A DNA stretch of 63,108 nucleotides, counting the filler, from Reticulomyxa filosa (Eukaryota; Protista; Foraminifera), in the NCBI GenBank assembly GCA_000512085.1. It is 18 parts of 18 records of this genome, joined end to end, with 100 filler letters (N's around TTAATTAATTAA, not from the genome) between each part and the next. Parts side by side here need not be neighbours in the genome. Positions count along the whole stretch, not along the records: positions 24,002 to 28,383 come from ASPP01023928.1; positions 28,484 to 29,722 come from ASPP01026872.1; positions 29,823 to 34,305 come from ASPP01019196.1; positions 34,406 to 35,906 come from ASPP01011953.1; positions 36,007 to 37,806 come from ASPP01004388.1; 13 more parts are not named here. The stretch is one strand, 5' to 3'. The notes under the pieces were generated by a model. That model searched no databases, had not been told where the DNA came from, and saw nothing but the letters and a program-made list of their open reading frames with translations. Positions 24,593 to 37,906 of this stretch are shown here, piece by piece (within the stretch, counting starts at the first letter, position 1; each line of letters starts with the position of its first letter). Made by a program: the position numbers and the translations under genes.

Positions 24593-27149
24593 GAGTGCCA
24601 TTTTTGCTTTCTATTGTTGCCATGTACAAATATCTTCTCTCATTCACAATTCAAATTTATACAATTTTTATTTCCACTTAAAAAAAACAAAAAACATATA
24701 CACACATTTTAGTTAATCACAAACTGGTTCTTTACTTTTCACCAAAATATACTTTCATGCCACATTCGACTTACTTTCAATAATTAACAATTCAACTTTA
24801 ACCAAGAATTCATGTGTTGATGCATTATATCAAATACTCTATCTGTACATGTCTCATTTTAAAAAGTGCATTAGATATTTAAAATTAAATCAAATTTTAT
24901 TTTAACAAATTTACTCGACAGTTATGCATTGTGTCTCATCAGCTGCACGTAATATCTTACATTTTTATCGATTTTCTCCTTGGAAAAGCAAATGTCTAAA
25001 CTTTTTTTTTTTGCAAACTGTATTTATTTTTTAAAAATATTATTGCAATTTTAAAATTATATTTTAGCTACTTTGTGGCTGTACTCTTTTCAAAATAGCA
25101 CTTCAGATGTAATTTTTGCCACTTTGTAACAAAAAAAAAATTATTTACTTTGAATGTCTAAAGTTATTTTAAAAATTTGCTTATTAAACACACTTGATGT
25201 ATTGGTAGCTTGCCATATGCTAGAAAAAAAAATTCAATGAAGAATTTGAATAAAACTAAAAAGAATTAAATTGAAAATATATTTACATTATCAATATACT
25301 TTTCAAATTATTGAACATAATGTGAACTTAGAAAAGAAGTTTTTTGTTGGAGTGGAAATAAAAAAGATAATAATATTATAATAATAATAAACAGATTAAA
25401 TGGTCACGCGAGTAAAAGAAAATATTGACAGAAGAATAATAGTAAATACTATTGCGAAAGTAAAGTAATGATAACTAATGAGATAATCTAGCTTTTGAAA
25501 GACGACAAAAGTGGAAAATGACGACTTGAAGAAAATGTTATGTCATATGTCAGTAACAAACAAATGTGTGTTGATTATAAGTGAATAACGTGATCACACA
25601 AGGGTTCAAAAGCGATTTAAAGATATTTACAAAATGTTGTATCAAGATTGAAAGTTAAAGTCTTACACTAGTTCCAAAGATAGAATATCATATATATTAA
25701 AATAGTTTATATAAGACAAAATAATTAAATTGTCAATCATAAGTGAGATTAGCAAAACATTTTGTAACATCGACGTTATCAGACAGTATATACTTGTTTC
25801 TGGTCAGTTATAGCAACAATGAATTCTTTAATACTAATAGCAATAGTAATTTTGTAAATATGAACGCATATACATATTATAATTTTTCTTCTGGTGAGAA
25901 CATGATATCAATGACGTAATGGTGAACTTGAAATAAACTGACATAATTCAATACTAGCTAGAATTCTAGCAGAAGATAACTTTGGCTAAATCGCGCAAAT
26001 TGTCACAGTGTCTAATGAAAAATGATATGCAGTGAAAAGATGAAAGATCGCGTAGCATAATCGTCAAACGATAAGATGTTATTTACTAGTAGCTTCGAGT
26101 GGACAGTCAAACTTTAGGCTATGACAAAAATCATTTGTTCGAATTGGGGTCGTTTCGATCAAAACTACATGTAGTTGCAAAAGTTTTGCATTATTAAAAT
26201 GACACAATGAAGATGATCAATTTTCTAAGTCATAAATAAACATTTTTCTAATAGTATTCAAATGTTTAAAAATACATTTTATTTTTTTATATAATTTTTA
26301 TCAATTACAAACATTTTATCATTTTTTACAACATTAGTATTTTGCTTATCGTTTTTTTAAATTTTTTTTTTCGGTTTTTTTGCATTTTTATATTTTATTT
26401 TATTTTATGAAATTGTAATTTTTTTGTATTATTTTTACTTGCAATTTGAAACAATTTAAAATTCGTCTATATTTTGAAAAAACGTTGACTTTGACTTAGA
26501 AAATCGATCATCTCAATAAGATGTCATTTTGATGTGTTAAAACTTTTGTACTTACATTTATGTCAATGACTGAAGAACAGTCAGTCAAATCTCTTTTCTT
26601 CTTTTGGATATATTCTAATGGATATATCACATTGTTTGATATTAATTACTATTTTGAAAACAGTCAATGTAAACTTCTTTTCTTCGTTCAATGCATCTAT
26701 CGCAAACTAGCATTTGCCAAAGAAGTGAAACTACTCTTGGCATTGTAAATGCGTTGCAATCTTTACGACATCAACTCCAACTTTTACGATGAGTTTAGAA
26801 TTCTTAATGACACTATTCAACGTCGAATTGCTAAATAATTTTTTTATCAATCTTTATTGACAATCATTGCAATATTGCTTCTTTTTTTTCAGCTAATTTT
26901 TTGTTTTATCTAACAAACAAAGTTGTTTGTGTTCATGAATACTAACTCTGCTGATAACAATTAAATGCTTTCATCTTTTAATATTCTCTTATTTAATTGT
27001 TGTTATTGCTTTAGTTTTTTCTTGTTTTTTTGTTACGTTCGACAACAGCAACTTCACAAGATTTTCTCTTGCCTTTCAGATTGCATAGCCTTGGGATGCA
27101 TACGTTTTCCCTATTAATTGCTATTCAAGACTGCATTTTTTAATTTTTT

Positions 27150-27421
27150 AAAAAATATTTACAAATCGTGTACTTTTTAAATATCATTTTGGTTTTTTTA
27201 CATCTTTACTAATTGTTTAAAAAATTTGATATTTTATTGATTTTTGAGAAAAAGTACATGAAATTTACCAACTTTTTTTTGAGCATTTTCAGAAAGTGTT
27301 ATACGGGTAGATATTTTTTTTAAAATAAAAAAAATAGGTCTGGATGTTGTTTTTCATGAAGAAAATCAATCATCTCTATAATGTGCCGTTTTAGGTGTCG
27401 ACTTTCCTTTGCGTTCTGCTG
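27150..27421. mobile_element. Tc1-family TIR remnant (partial left arm fused to a right TIR ending CTG|TA)
   Basis: Reverse complement reads TA|CAGCAGAACGCAAAGGAAAGTCGACACCTAAAACGGCACATTATAGAGATG. Confidence 0.7.
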
Positions 27422-28342
27422 TATATCGATGAAGTCAATTTTTTGAAATTTTAAATTCCCTTGAAAATATGCTACTCAAGAAAGGTCGTATTTAGTACGT
27501 TTAATTTGAAAATGCCACTTGTTACCTCTGGTCCTGCAGCTTTGAGTCAATGTGATGTGTTCTAAAAGTCAAAAGAAGATTCAACTTTTCAAGAATTTGA
27601 CGAAACGCAAATGACAGGCAAGAATTTTACTTGCATTTGCAGTGTATGAAGGAGGAAAAAAAAAAGGAATATCACTCAAAAAAAAGTGAGTGTTCTTGTT
27701 TTAAAAGGCTGCCACGTTTTGTATACACACTGACAAAAAACAAAAATAAAAGCACCACTAATCGAAACAAAGAAAAACAAACAAAATACTAAAAAATGTA
27801 AAAACGCAGCAACAAGTAAAAGGATAAAAGAATAAAAAAAAACAAGAACTCACATTTTCGCTTGGAAAAAAAAAAACACAAAGAAGCCTCTCAATAGAGT
27901 TAGATGTAATCTCCATTGGTGGAACAAAAAAAAAGAAAAGAGAGAACGGTGGAGGGGAAAAAAAAAAATTATACGGTGTGACCATTTTGCCGCCCTTGAG
28001 TAATTTTAAAAACATACAATCTTTTTTTCCGTGCTTTTTTTTTTTTTTTTTGGTGTGTTTATTGCAATTGCATTTAAAATCCGTCTTGCTTCTTGCTCGG
28101 CCCAACAAGGACAATACAGACAAAGGTCACACCAGAGGTAACAAATGCATCAAACAAACACCAAAATAAACACTAAAACAAAAAATAGGACGAAAATTGA
28201 AAACCAAAAACAAAACCACAATAATAATAATAAGACTTCAACCGACATCATATAAACCGTTAAAAAAAAATGAAAGGAGGAGGTCACGCATTTAAAAAAA
28301 GTTGCTTTTTGCAGAGAAAACAACAATAAAAAAAATACGTAT

Positions 28343-28380
<38 letters not shown>

Positions 28381-29879
28381 AATNNNNNNNNNNNNNNNNN
28401 NNNNNNNNNNNNNNNNNNNNNNNNNNNTTAATTAATTAANNNNNNNNNNNNNNNNNNNNNNNNNNNNNNNNNNNNNNNNNNNNTTTTTAAAATTTTATAA
28501 CAATTACGTTTATACACGATTTTTGGAAAAGATATTAAAGTAAAATGAAAGTTTTAAAAGAACTTGACTTATTTCTATGTCTTGAATAATTTGTAGTTTA
28601 GTCTTAAAAAATTAAATTTCAGTACAAAATCGGACAACACAAAATACTTGCTTGAAGTGTTTTTTTAGGAGTCTGCTGTAGTTTGAATATGACATATTCG
28701 TAATTGCAATTGTATGATGTAACGAAATTGTATTTTTTACAAAGATTTCTTTCGTCATAATAAAAAATTGACTGTGGAACGTTTTTCTCCTTTTTTTTTT
28801 TTTGAAGCCGTTGCAACTTCGGTAGTGTCCAGACATCAGTGGAGGCGAGAATAATGGCGGTATTAGCGTCAATTTCGTTCGAGCAAAGGTAAATAAGTAG
28901 TTTTTCCTTTTTTCGGAATACTTGAAAGTTTGGAGCTGAAACAATTCACTACAAACAAAAAGAAGTTGAAGGTGCGTTTGTGGTGGAGTGGTGGAAATAA
29001 TGATTGTGGTGGCAGATTATGTGGGTGTGGAGATTATATCGGATTAAAGACAGCAGATGGACATGTATGGTGGATTTGGAATGGTGGTGGATCGTGAAAT
29101 AAAGAGAGCCTATTCAGCCGTCCGCGCATTATAATGCGCGCACAACAAACTACGTTTGTATATCGCAACAAATATTTGCGATAGGGGCGCGTCGGTGGAG
29201 TCAATGCAAGCCAAGGCTACATACAGGTTTGCACAAGGGACATGAACCGACAATGTTATGCTTGCAGAACTGTGACAATGTCCATCTGAGGATGGACATA
29301 AAGACAAAGGCCTCTCTCCTCCTTGGCTGTTGCCAGTCTAGCGACTGTGTAAACAGAAGGATGAAGCGAGACCACATAAACGATGCAAAGCGCCTACACA
29401 TCATCCCGGCTGACGACGACTGTCATGCGACATTTATCCGTTTTCGCGAGTTACGTCTAATTTACTCAATACTTGTTTTTTCAACATTTTATTTTTGTCT
29501 TTTCTTGTCTAATAGATTTTCGTGTGGAGTTTTTATTCATCGAGATTATATGGGATCGATCATGATGTATCCTGTAATGGTTTTTTGTTGTTTTTTTTTT
29601 TCTCAATCTTTGCTTCTTCTTGTTCCCTCTTTGCAAATTTGTCCCCCCCCCCCCTCTTTGTACATTGTTTCTCCCCCTCTTGCACCTTTTTTTTTACTTT
29701 ATCACTTTGTAACTGTCCTTGCNNNNNNNNNNNNNNNNNNNNNNNNNNNNNNNNNNNNNNNNNNNNTTAATTAATTAANNNNNNNNNNNNNNNNNNNNNN
29801 NNNNNNNNNNNNNNNNNNNNNNGTTTTTTACAAAATCAACTTTTTTTCAAAAGTTTTCTCGATGATGAAGGATTTTTTT

Positions 29880-30380
29880 TTATTTATTTCTTGGATCGGG
29901 CATATCAATACCATATCCAATTCCATTTCCAAGGCCACCATACTGGCATTTAATAGTTTACTAGTGGCAAACATATTCGAACATGTATGCCTTACCATTA
30001 AATTGGATTCTTGATCCAATTCCAAGTGTGTCCTAGTATATCTTATTATGGTAAAAACACAGATCGCCCTCGATATTGCCAATTTCTCAAATGCATCGAA
30101 CACTCCTAAGGCGAGCAAGGTTCGACCTTCTCCCTCAAGCGTCCCGTTTCCAGTAAAAGGGTTAATATCCCAGTTACCAGTTTGTGAAGCCCCCAAAAAT
30201 GAACTGCAACAATAATGTTGACAAAAGAATAACAAAATTGAAGCAACACGTCACTTACAATATTACAAAAATTCAACTAATATAAAAATCTTATATCACT
30301 AAAAAAATTTTTAATAGTTGAAAATTTCTTTCTTCTTCTTTCTTGGTCTTTGCAAAACTTGCAACAAAAATTTTCAAAAT
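29880..30380 (-). mobile_element. LINE 5' region copy (leader plus extra coding segment)
   Basis: WDINPFTGNG..GEGRTLLAL.VFDAFE and LDQESNLM..NMFATSKLLNAS. 30195-30380 matches 32350-32540. Confidence 0.7.
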
Positions 30381-30599
30381 AACTTTATTTTACAAAATTG
30401 CACTAATGTGTAAATTGTTGAAAGATCTAAGCCCAAATCTTTCTACAAGATTATATTCAAAGAGCTTCAGTTCAATATATTCGAAGAATGCTTCATTCAA
30501 GCGATATTATGATCTGAACAATCACAAGGACGTTGAAGATACTTGCTTTTGTTTTATAATGTTGCTTGTTGTTTACTTTTTGTATTGCATTGTGTTTTA

Positions 30600-32630
30600 A
30601 TACTGTACTCATTTTGTGTGAGATACTTGTCCACATTGTTTTTCTTTATGAATTCAACTGACAACATTCTATCTCCCTAAAAAAAACAACTTTAAATCTA
30701 ATTTCATCTTCAACCATGTCATAATGCTTTTCAGCTATCTTTTGGAGGCATCTGATCTTGCAACTAAATGTTAGTGTTCAATGAAATTATGCGTTTCCTT
30801 CATGCAGCGAATTAAGGCTGTTTATCATATGTTGATGCTTTTCTAATTGCAATTTCCTTCGTAATTGCTTGGCAGCTCTCTTATACAGCTTCAAATTCCT
30901 TAATTTTCTTTACTTACGAAATCTGTTCTTTGATTTTTGAACTCTCTTTCGTAACTGACTTAAACTTTCAATCCACCAGTCAAATGGAAATGTATTGATA
31001 ATATATAATCCATTTGGTACAATAAAATAAAGGGTACATTCACCCACATCGTCGACCAATATTTTCTTTGCTTATGAATTATATCACATTGCAATAAATC
31101 GCTAGTATGTTTCTTATGACATAAAACACATTTGTGTTTGCTTGGATCATTCATGTTTCTGCTTCGTGATTTGCCAATCCGCAATACTTCATATTTTACG
31201 TTTCTTTGTGCACTCACTAGCGATATAGTTCAATCTGTAGCATTTCCTGCATTGCTTGAAATGAGACTTTGACTTGATTTGTTTTTATCGAATGGTTCCA
31301 CTTTCACCATTGAATATCCAATTGGATAGCATCTTATGGAACCGTTTTACTTCTTAAACATGATATCCATAATCCTCAAATATTTCTTTTATATCATTTT
31401 CACTTTCTTATATTGATACGCCTCGAAGCAGGACATGCCTATTATTTCAGTATTGATTACTGTTTCTTCTCGTTTTTTCCTTTGTTCCGCAGCGAATGTC
31501 TTACAATAAATATCACATCTTGGCTGCCTTACAATTCGTTGATTAAATCTCTACTTTCTTTTTGCTCGTTAAAATCATTTGCAAGTTGAATAAGCTGCTG
31601 CTTACTGATATCAACTGTAAAATGAGCAAATAGTGTGCGCTAATACCTTTCTGGCTCTTTAATTCCATGAACTTAATTGAAGTTACGACAATTGTTAAAA
31701 AAAAAAGACAATTGTTGGAATATTTTCATACACGAATTGTCGTCGAGCTTGCATATTCTTTTTCCACACGTTTTCAAATGTAATCTCATCAGCTGTCTTT
31801 TCGTCATTGTTTTGTACATTTGAATTTGACACAACAGCTTGCAAAGAATACTTTGTCTTCTTCACAACATCATATATTAATCCACTATCTGGTGTTTTCC
31901 TTTTGTCTAGCTTCTTTTAGCGTTATTATTATCAATATCCATCTTGTTTGCTTCTTTGTCATTGCATGGTTTTATAGATTTAATATCCTGGAATTTGGCA
32001 TGTCAATACCATAACTAATTCCATTTCCAATATTATTTTCAATGCCACCATAATACTGGCATTTAATAGTTCACTAGTTACAAACATGTTCGGAAGTGTA
32101 GTTAAAATGTCTGACTTATCATTAAATTGGATTCTTGATCCAATTACATGTGGGGTATTTTGTACCAGCATGGCTCGCAGTAGAGCCTATTAGTGTAAAA
32201 ACACATGGCCTCGGCCGTCCGATCGCCTTCACAAACCTTGTTATCAGCTAGTGGATTTCTGTTTTATTTGATGTTCAGTAGAAATTACCATACCCTCAGA
32301 ATTCTGCCAAATAGAAAAAACCGTGTATTTCAAAATCGACAACCATTCTGAAAATAAATTTCAACAAAAAATGTTGACAAAAACATTAACAAAAGGGAAG
32401 AAGTCACACTAAACTCACAATATTACAAATCCAACAACTACAAAAATTTTATATCCCTAAAAAAATTTACTAGTCAAAAAATTTCTTTCTTTCTTGGCCC
32501 GAAAAGTCTTGCCATAATTGAATCGATTTTCAAAATCTTCTTCAAAATTTAAGAAATGTCGAGTATCTGACACTTCCAAGCACAATCTCTTTCAAAATAC
32601 AACTTTTTAGGAAAAGTTAATAGTAATGTT
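30600..32630 (-). mobile_element. Internally deleted LINE: 5' end, upstream segment, ORF1 with three zinc knuckles, ORF2 remnant
   Basis: 31260-31085 reconstructs across frameshifts as KQCRKCYRLNYIASEC..ICKYCGLANHEAETC..KCVLCHKKHTSDLLQC. ORF2 remnant at 30600-30960. Confidence 0.85.
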
Positions 32631-32639
32631 TTTTTTTTG

Positions 32640-33000
32640 AACTTATAATAAGTGAACTCTTCCACAATATGACTCATAATAAGTTTCATTGCTTTTGATC
32701 CAATATTTGCTTAATTCCATTGTGGCATGTATGAATCTTGAATGACAAGTCATGTACCTCCAATTCCAATATTGGTAATTTGCTTAATCACAAAATATCA
32801 CAATGCAATCAAAGTCCAATAATAACATAATATCATCTGATATTGGCTCATTGAATATTGTAAAAGGTGATTTATTGGATTGTGGTATTATTGCAATTTG
32901 CATCAGTTGAACATTTATGATCAGATTTGAATCTGATCATAGCTTTACCATATACGTAATTAATATGCTTGGAATAAGTCATGTCAATCACATTCCTTCA
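32640..33000 (-). mobile_element. LINE RNase H-region fragment
   Basis: MQIAIIPQSNKSPFTIFNEP..IVIFCD, homologous to 21190-21340. Confidence 0.65.
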
Positions 33001-33439
33001 TATTTGATTGCTGCAATATAAATAAACCGTTTTACTTCATTGAGAAAATATACATTCTTTCATTTCTGCACAAATATTTAACGTCATTTCCAAATGATTT
33101 TAGAATCGATTCAGCTGATTTAAGCATTATTATATTAATTGATTTAATTATTATTTAAGCATTATGAACATATTCTCACTACGCTTTTTTCTATCTGGTG
33201 ATTTAATATCATTCTATTGTTTTTCATATTATTTTCATTTTGTTCCTCCTAGTGTTTATATTTTATTGACACAAACTACTTTTTATCTTTTTAAATATAT
33301 CTTGTTTCCTTTCTTGTCTTTTACAATGTATTGAACTTAATCCATTTGATTGCGATTTTATTCCATTTTTTATTTTAACTAGTATCCACTATGATAAAGA
33401 AATTTCTCAATGTTCGCTATATCACGAAAAAAATTTTGC

Positions 33440-34305
33440 AATTGTGGTATAAAAAGAAAGTTGACACCTAAAATGCCACCTTATAGAGATTATTGTGTTT
33501 TTTCATGAAAACAACATTTAATCTACATTTAAAAAAAAAATATCTACGAATCGTGTAGTTTTTGACTATCATTTTGGTTTTTTATTAAGTCTTCTAATTT
33601 TTTTCAAAAATTTTAATCTTTCTTTAAAAAAGTTGACAATCGTGTTTTTCTCGTGTCATGAAATTTGACAATCTTTTTTAAAAAATTTTTGAGATTTTCC
33701 TTTTTTTTTTTAGGTATTCGATGTTAATTTTTGTCATTTTATTGCCGAAATATTAATTAACAAAATTAGATGAAAATTCCATCACAAGAATGCAAAATTT
33801 GGTGGTGGAAGCATTTTAGTCTGGTCATGTTTTATAGCAAAAGTTGGAGTAAATACTGATATATATAAAGAAATTTTATCTGACGAAATGCTAAAGAGCG
33901 TCAATTGCTGCTTAGAAAATAAAGATAATTGGATTTTCCAGCAAGATAATGCAACATGCCATAAATCGGAAAAAATTATGAAATGGTTAAAACAAAAAAA
34001 ATAAAAACAATGAATTTTCCTCCAAATTCACCTGACTTAAATCCAATTGAAAATCTTTGATGGATAGTAAAGATAATTCACAAAAAAGGACCATTTAATA
34101 CCACTGAAGAACTTTGGTATCAATTCGAAACAGAATGGGAAAAAATAAAAACAAACATTGTAAAACTTTAATAAAGTCGATGCCAAAGAGAATACATGCA
34201 GTTAAAAAAGCCAAAGAATATTTAACATGTTGGTAAACTTGAATTAAATTTTAAAAAACAAGTCTTATCATAATCAGGCAACCACAAAAAATTTTTTAAA
34301 AATTT
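33440..34305 (+). mobile_element. Tc1-type DNA transposon (DD34E), internally deleted, pseudogenised transposase
   Basis: About 260-bp TIR, then KFGGGSILVWSCF, WIFQQDNATCH..FPPNSPDLNPIENL*, KSMPKRIHAVKKAK. D-to-E spacing is 34 after repairing a 1-nt A-run indel. Confidence 0.92.
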
Positions 34306-34405
34306 NNNNNNNNNNNNNNNNNNNNNNNNNNNNNNNNNNNNNNNNNNNNTTAATTAATTAANNNNNNNNNNNNNNNNNNNNNNNNNNNNNNNNNNNNNNN
34401 NNNNN

Positions 34406-34662
34406 ATCGTCTTCTTCCGATTCTCCTTTCGTTTCTCTTGTTGGGTCGGTTTTGTAATTTAGTATTATCACATGATCATCTGATTTTTTATTTTACTATG
34501 GATGTTAGTGTCAAAAAAAAAAAAAAAAGGCATGTAACACTCTTTTGCAAGTTCACCTGTAACGCTGCCTTCTGCGGCTAGTTGTGCATACGGAGGACGT
34601 CCACCACGGGTCATGTTCACCTCTGAAATGGAAGTCTCTCCACGGGCACAAATTTGTCCCAT
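34406..34662 (-). CDS. 5' exon(s) of a hypothetical protein with a possible N-myristoylation/palmitoylation signal
   Basis: MGQICARGE.., followed by a GT intron with a T-run and A-rich 3' end. Truncated. Confidence 0.45.
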
Positions 34663-35238
34663 TATTTTTTATTCTTTTTTTGTGAGCGGATATGTGAAGT
34701 TGGAACAACGTTCCTACCCTTAACAGCTAAGACCGATCCAATAAAAAAACTTATTACTGTTAGTGTTAATAAAACAAACGATTTTAAAAATGTGACTAAG
34801 CAACAACCATTATCTCTTTAAAGACAAAGACAGGTGCGTCGGTACTTTGACAATTAGCTTTGCCACTGTTGTATTTCACTTTTTTGAATTATGCAAATAT
34901 TATGACTTCTTTTTCTGCCATTTATCATTTTTAATGTTTTTTTTGCTAATATTTTCTGAGTCTCAATAAAACACTGCAGCTCTCAGGTGAAGCAACAATA
35001 TGTTTAGTCCTTCTTTTCTAAAAAAAAAAAGGGCTTGTTTTTTTTTTGAGTATTCCCTTTCTCTGCTTGCACTTGACTTTTGTTGTTTTCAGTTGTAATT
35101 GTTGTGCATTTTTATAGCGCTTTGTCATCACTTTAGTAATTTTGGAAGTTGATAATAGAAAAAAGCATTTTTCTGTTTTGGCGTTTTTTAGTATTGTCTT
35201 GCTATCATTTGGCGAAAACTTCGACGTTTTGAGGTGCA

Positions 35239-35906
35239 ATGAAGCGTATATTTTTACTTGCATTTAGCATTGGCATTAGTTACATTTTTTTTTCACATAC
35301 TTCGTGCATATATGTATATATAGTTTGTACATACAAATGTTTTTTGAAAACGCCTTATATTCCTTTTTTTTTTTTTTTTTAATGGGATAATAAAAAAAAA
35401 AATTGAACTCCAAACTTTTATATGTTTTAAAAAAAGAGAAAAACATTTTGCATTGTGTATAAAAACACAGGTATTGCACAGCAATCGAATGAAACTCAAG
35501 CGAAGACAAGAACGGCGACTGGTGCGCAATTGGATCCAGATGGAGACTTGTGGTGGACAGACACATTCAATCAATTGTCCTTTCCGAGTCTTACTACCCT
35601 GTTGACGACACCTTGCGACACACAAAGTTGATATGCGTTGACTCATTTTTTTTTTTGGCTCAAAAAAAAAAAAAAAAAAAAAAGGCAGCAATTAAATGTT
35701 TGTTTTGGTGATTGGGGATAAATGTAATAGCTTACGAAACACGATTTCGTTACTACAATAACGCTGGACAAGTATACGTTCGAATGACCCCAGATTGGAT
35801 ATTCACTGAATTTTGGTATCCCTATCAATTTTGGTCTGGCTTTGCAACAACAGGTAGAAACACTATAACAACTGTAACAACTATAACAACGATAACTATA
35901 ACAATG
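35239..35906 (+). CDS. Secreted hypothetical protein, three exons, partial; weakly SOUL-like
   Basis: MKRIFLLAFSIGI, intron 35279-35470, SIAQQSNETQ..WWTDTFNQ..TPCDTQ, intron, YETRFRYYNNAGQVYVRMTPDW. Confidence 0.55.
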
Positions 35907-36542
35907 NNNNNNNNNNNNNNNNNNNNNNNNNNNNNNNNNNNNNNNNNNNNTTAATTAATTAANNNNNNNNNNNNNNNNNNNNNNNNNNNNNNNNNNNNNN
36001 NNNNNNGCACACCAAGAGGGTAATGAAAAATACATTAGAATATTCCACGTATAATTTTTAAAGTCTAAGCGTTTTCTTCCCAAAATAAAGTCGTGCTAGT
36101 AACTAAACCTACATTGAACTTCAATTGAAGCTCGTATGAACGCGAAGATGGAATATCACAAGAATAATTAATAAATTTCTACTATAACATTAAAAACATC
36201 GTACTATTACAATGTAAAACAGTTCATTTTTTTATAAAAAAAAAAGATATATAACACAAACGTTTTTACCATGTTCAAGAAAGTTAACTAAATCAAAAAT
36301 ATATGAAATTACAAATAAAATATTGTTATATAAAATTATAAAAATACAATTGTATTTTATTAAAGCTTTAAAAATGCAAGCTCAAAGGTTAAAGTAAATA
36401 TGAATATTATTTTTTATAGCAAATTTAGAATAAACAAGCATTACAAGAAAAGTGATACATTGAAGAAGTAATATATATGAAAAATAATTGTCAAGCTAAA
36501 ACTGAATTTCAAATATAGCTGGTATTACATTATACTACAAAA

Positions 36543-36762
36543 TGTAGGGCAAAGTCCCTATTATAAGATCTAACGTCAAGGGAACGGAGGAATCCCCAAT
36601 AGGTTAAACTTCCTCAACTTACTTCTTACTTTGTTACTTTCCTTTTGTTATTTTGTTTTATTATTTAATTTATTTTCGTTTTACGAAAACTCCTATTCTC
36701 TTTTAAGTAAATACCTCTCGTATTACAGTTAGTGCACCAACACTGTCAGCAGACGTCCCAAA
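36543..36762 (-). mobile_element. Solo-LTR-like element, copy 4 (minus strand)
   Basis: Reverse complement: TGGGACGTCTGCTGA..CACTAACTGTAATACGA..AAGTTTAACCTATTGG..GGACTTTGCCCTACA. Confidence 0.7.
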
Positions 36763-36832
36763 AATATACTTGCAAAATAATTTTTGAAAATATAACAAAG
36801 TTTTAAATTTTCATTTGGCTGGAAAGTACTAA

Positions 36833-37035
36833 TATAGGAAGAGGAGTGTAGCACCAAGTGTAATACGAAAGTAATTGAATTTTCGAAAAGGAAAACAAAA
36901 TTAGTTGAGATAATCAACACACTGACAAAGAAACAAGAAAACAGCAAAGTAAAGAAGATAGTGAAGGTGTTGAGGGAAAAAGGACTCCCTCGATCATATG
37001 GAACTTCTCCTGTAATTACTAGGGATTACACTACA
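36833..37035 (+). mobile_element. Solo-LTR-like element, copy 5, TSD CTAA
   Basis: CTAA|TATAGG..CACCAAGTGTAATACGAAA..GGATTACACTACA|CTAA. Confidence 0.75.
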
Positions 37036-37139
37036 CTAAGACAATTGATCACAAAGAAAAGCAAGAATTCATTTACGCAAAATTTACAAATCAATTTTAA
37101 AATTGTTGAGTAAACTACAACAAACTATAAAGTGAGTGA

Positions 37140-37340
37140 AATATCGAATCTGTCTGAATCTACGGACTGGATTGGAACATTTCCTCAAATGATAAATATT
37201 CATTTGAAGGAGTGATTTGTAATGGAAAATGGGCAACTTACAGGAACAATACCTGCTTGTATGTCTAATCTCACCAACTTGCAACAATTGGTCTTGACAG
37301 TTAATTTTTTGCAGGGCTCTATTCCTCCTGAAATTTGGTA
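37140..37340 (+). pseudogene. Plant-type LRR fragment
   Basis: NGQLTGTIPACMSNLTNLQQLVLTVNFLQGSIPPEIW; upstream frame disrupted. Confidence 0.7.
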
Positions 37341-37906
37341 TGCGTTTCCAAAAAACAACCTCGAACAAAAAAAGCTGGGGGGTACAAAAAAAAGAGCGTA
37401 GCCAACATTCGAGACTAAATTATTTGGCATTGGATGGCAATGAGTTTTTTTGTGTCCTCTTTACTTAAAAAAAACAATAAAATTCTTTTTTTTAATTGCC
37501 TTCTTTTTTTTGAAAATAAAAAGGTACAACTGTTTCAAAAAATATGGTAATGAACCATTTTTGGCTCAAATTACCAATCTTCAGCTGCTGCTGAAGCTGT
37601 TGACACTTTGCGAGAGGGTGTGGGTGCACCTGCTGAACAAGACATTGAAACCAACCCACACAAGTGAATCTGAATAATCACTCATCTCTCTTTCTCTCCG
37701 TCCGAATTTCTCTGTCGGTGGGTTTTTTTGTTTTGGTTGTACTTCGTATTTGTTTTTAATTTTATCCTATTTTGTCTGCAATATAATTGCAAACCTTTTC
37801 TTTAAANNNNNNNNNNNNNNNNNNNNNNNNNNNNNNNNNNNNNNNNNNNNTTAATTAATTAANNNNNNNNNNNNNNNNNNNNNNNNNNNNNNNNNNNNNN
37901 NNNNNN

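Noticed and set aside
28960-29460. Cys/His-rich possible zinc-finger gene
   Set aside because: No consistent ligand spacing or recognisable family; probably a decayed ORF.
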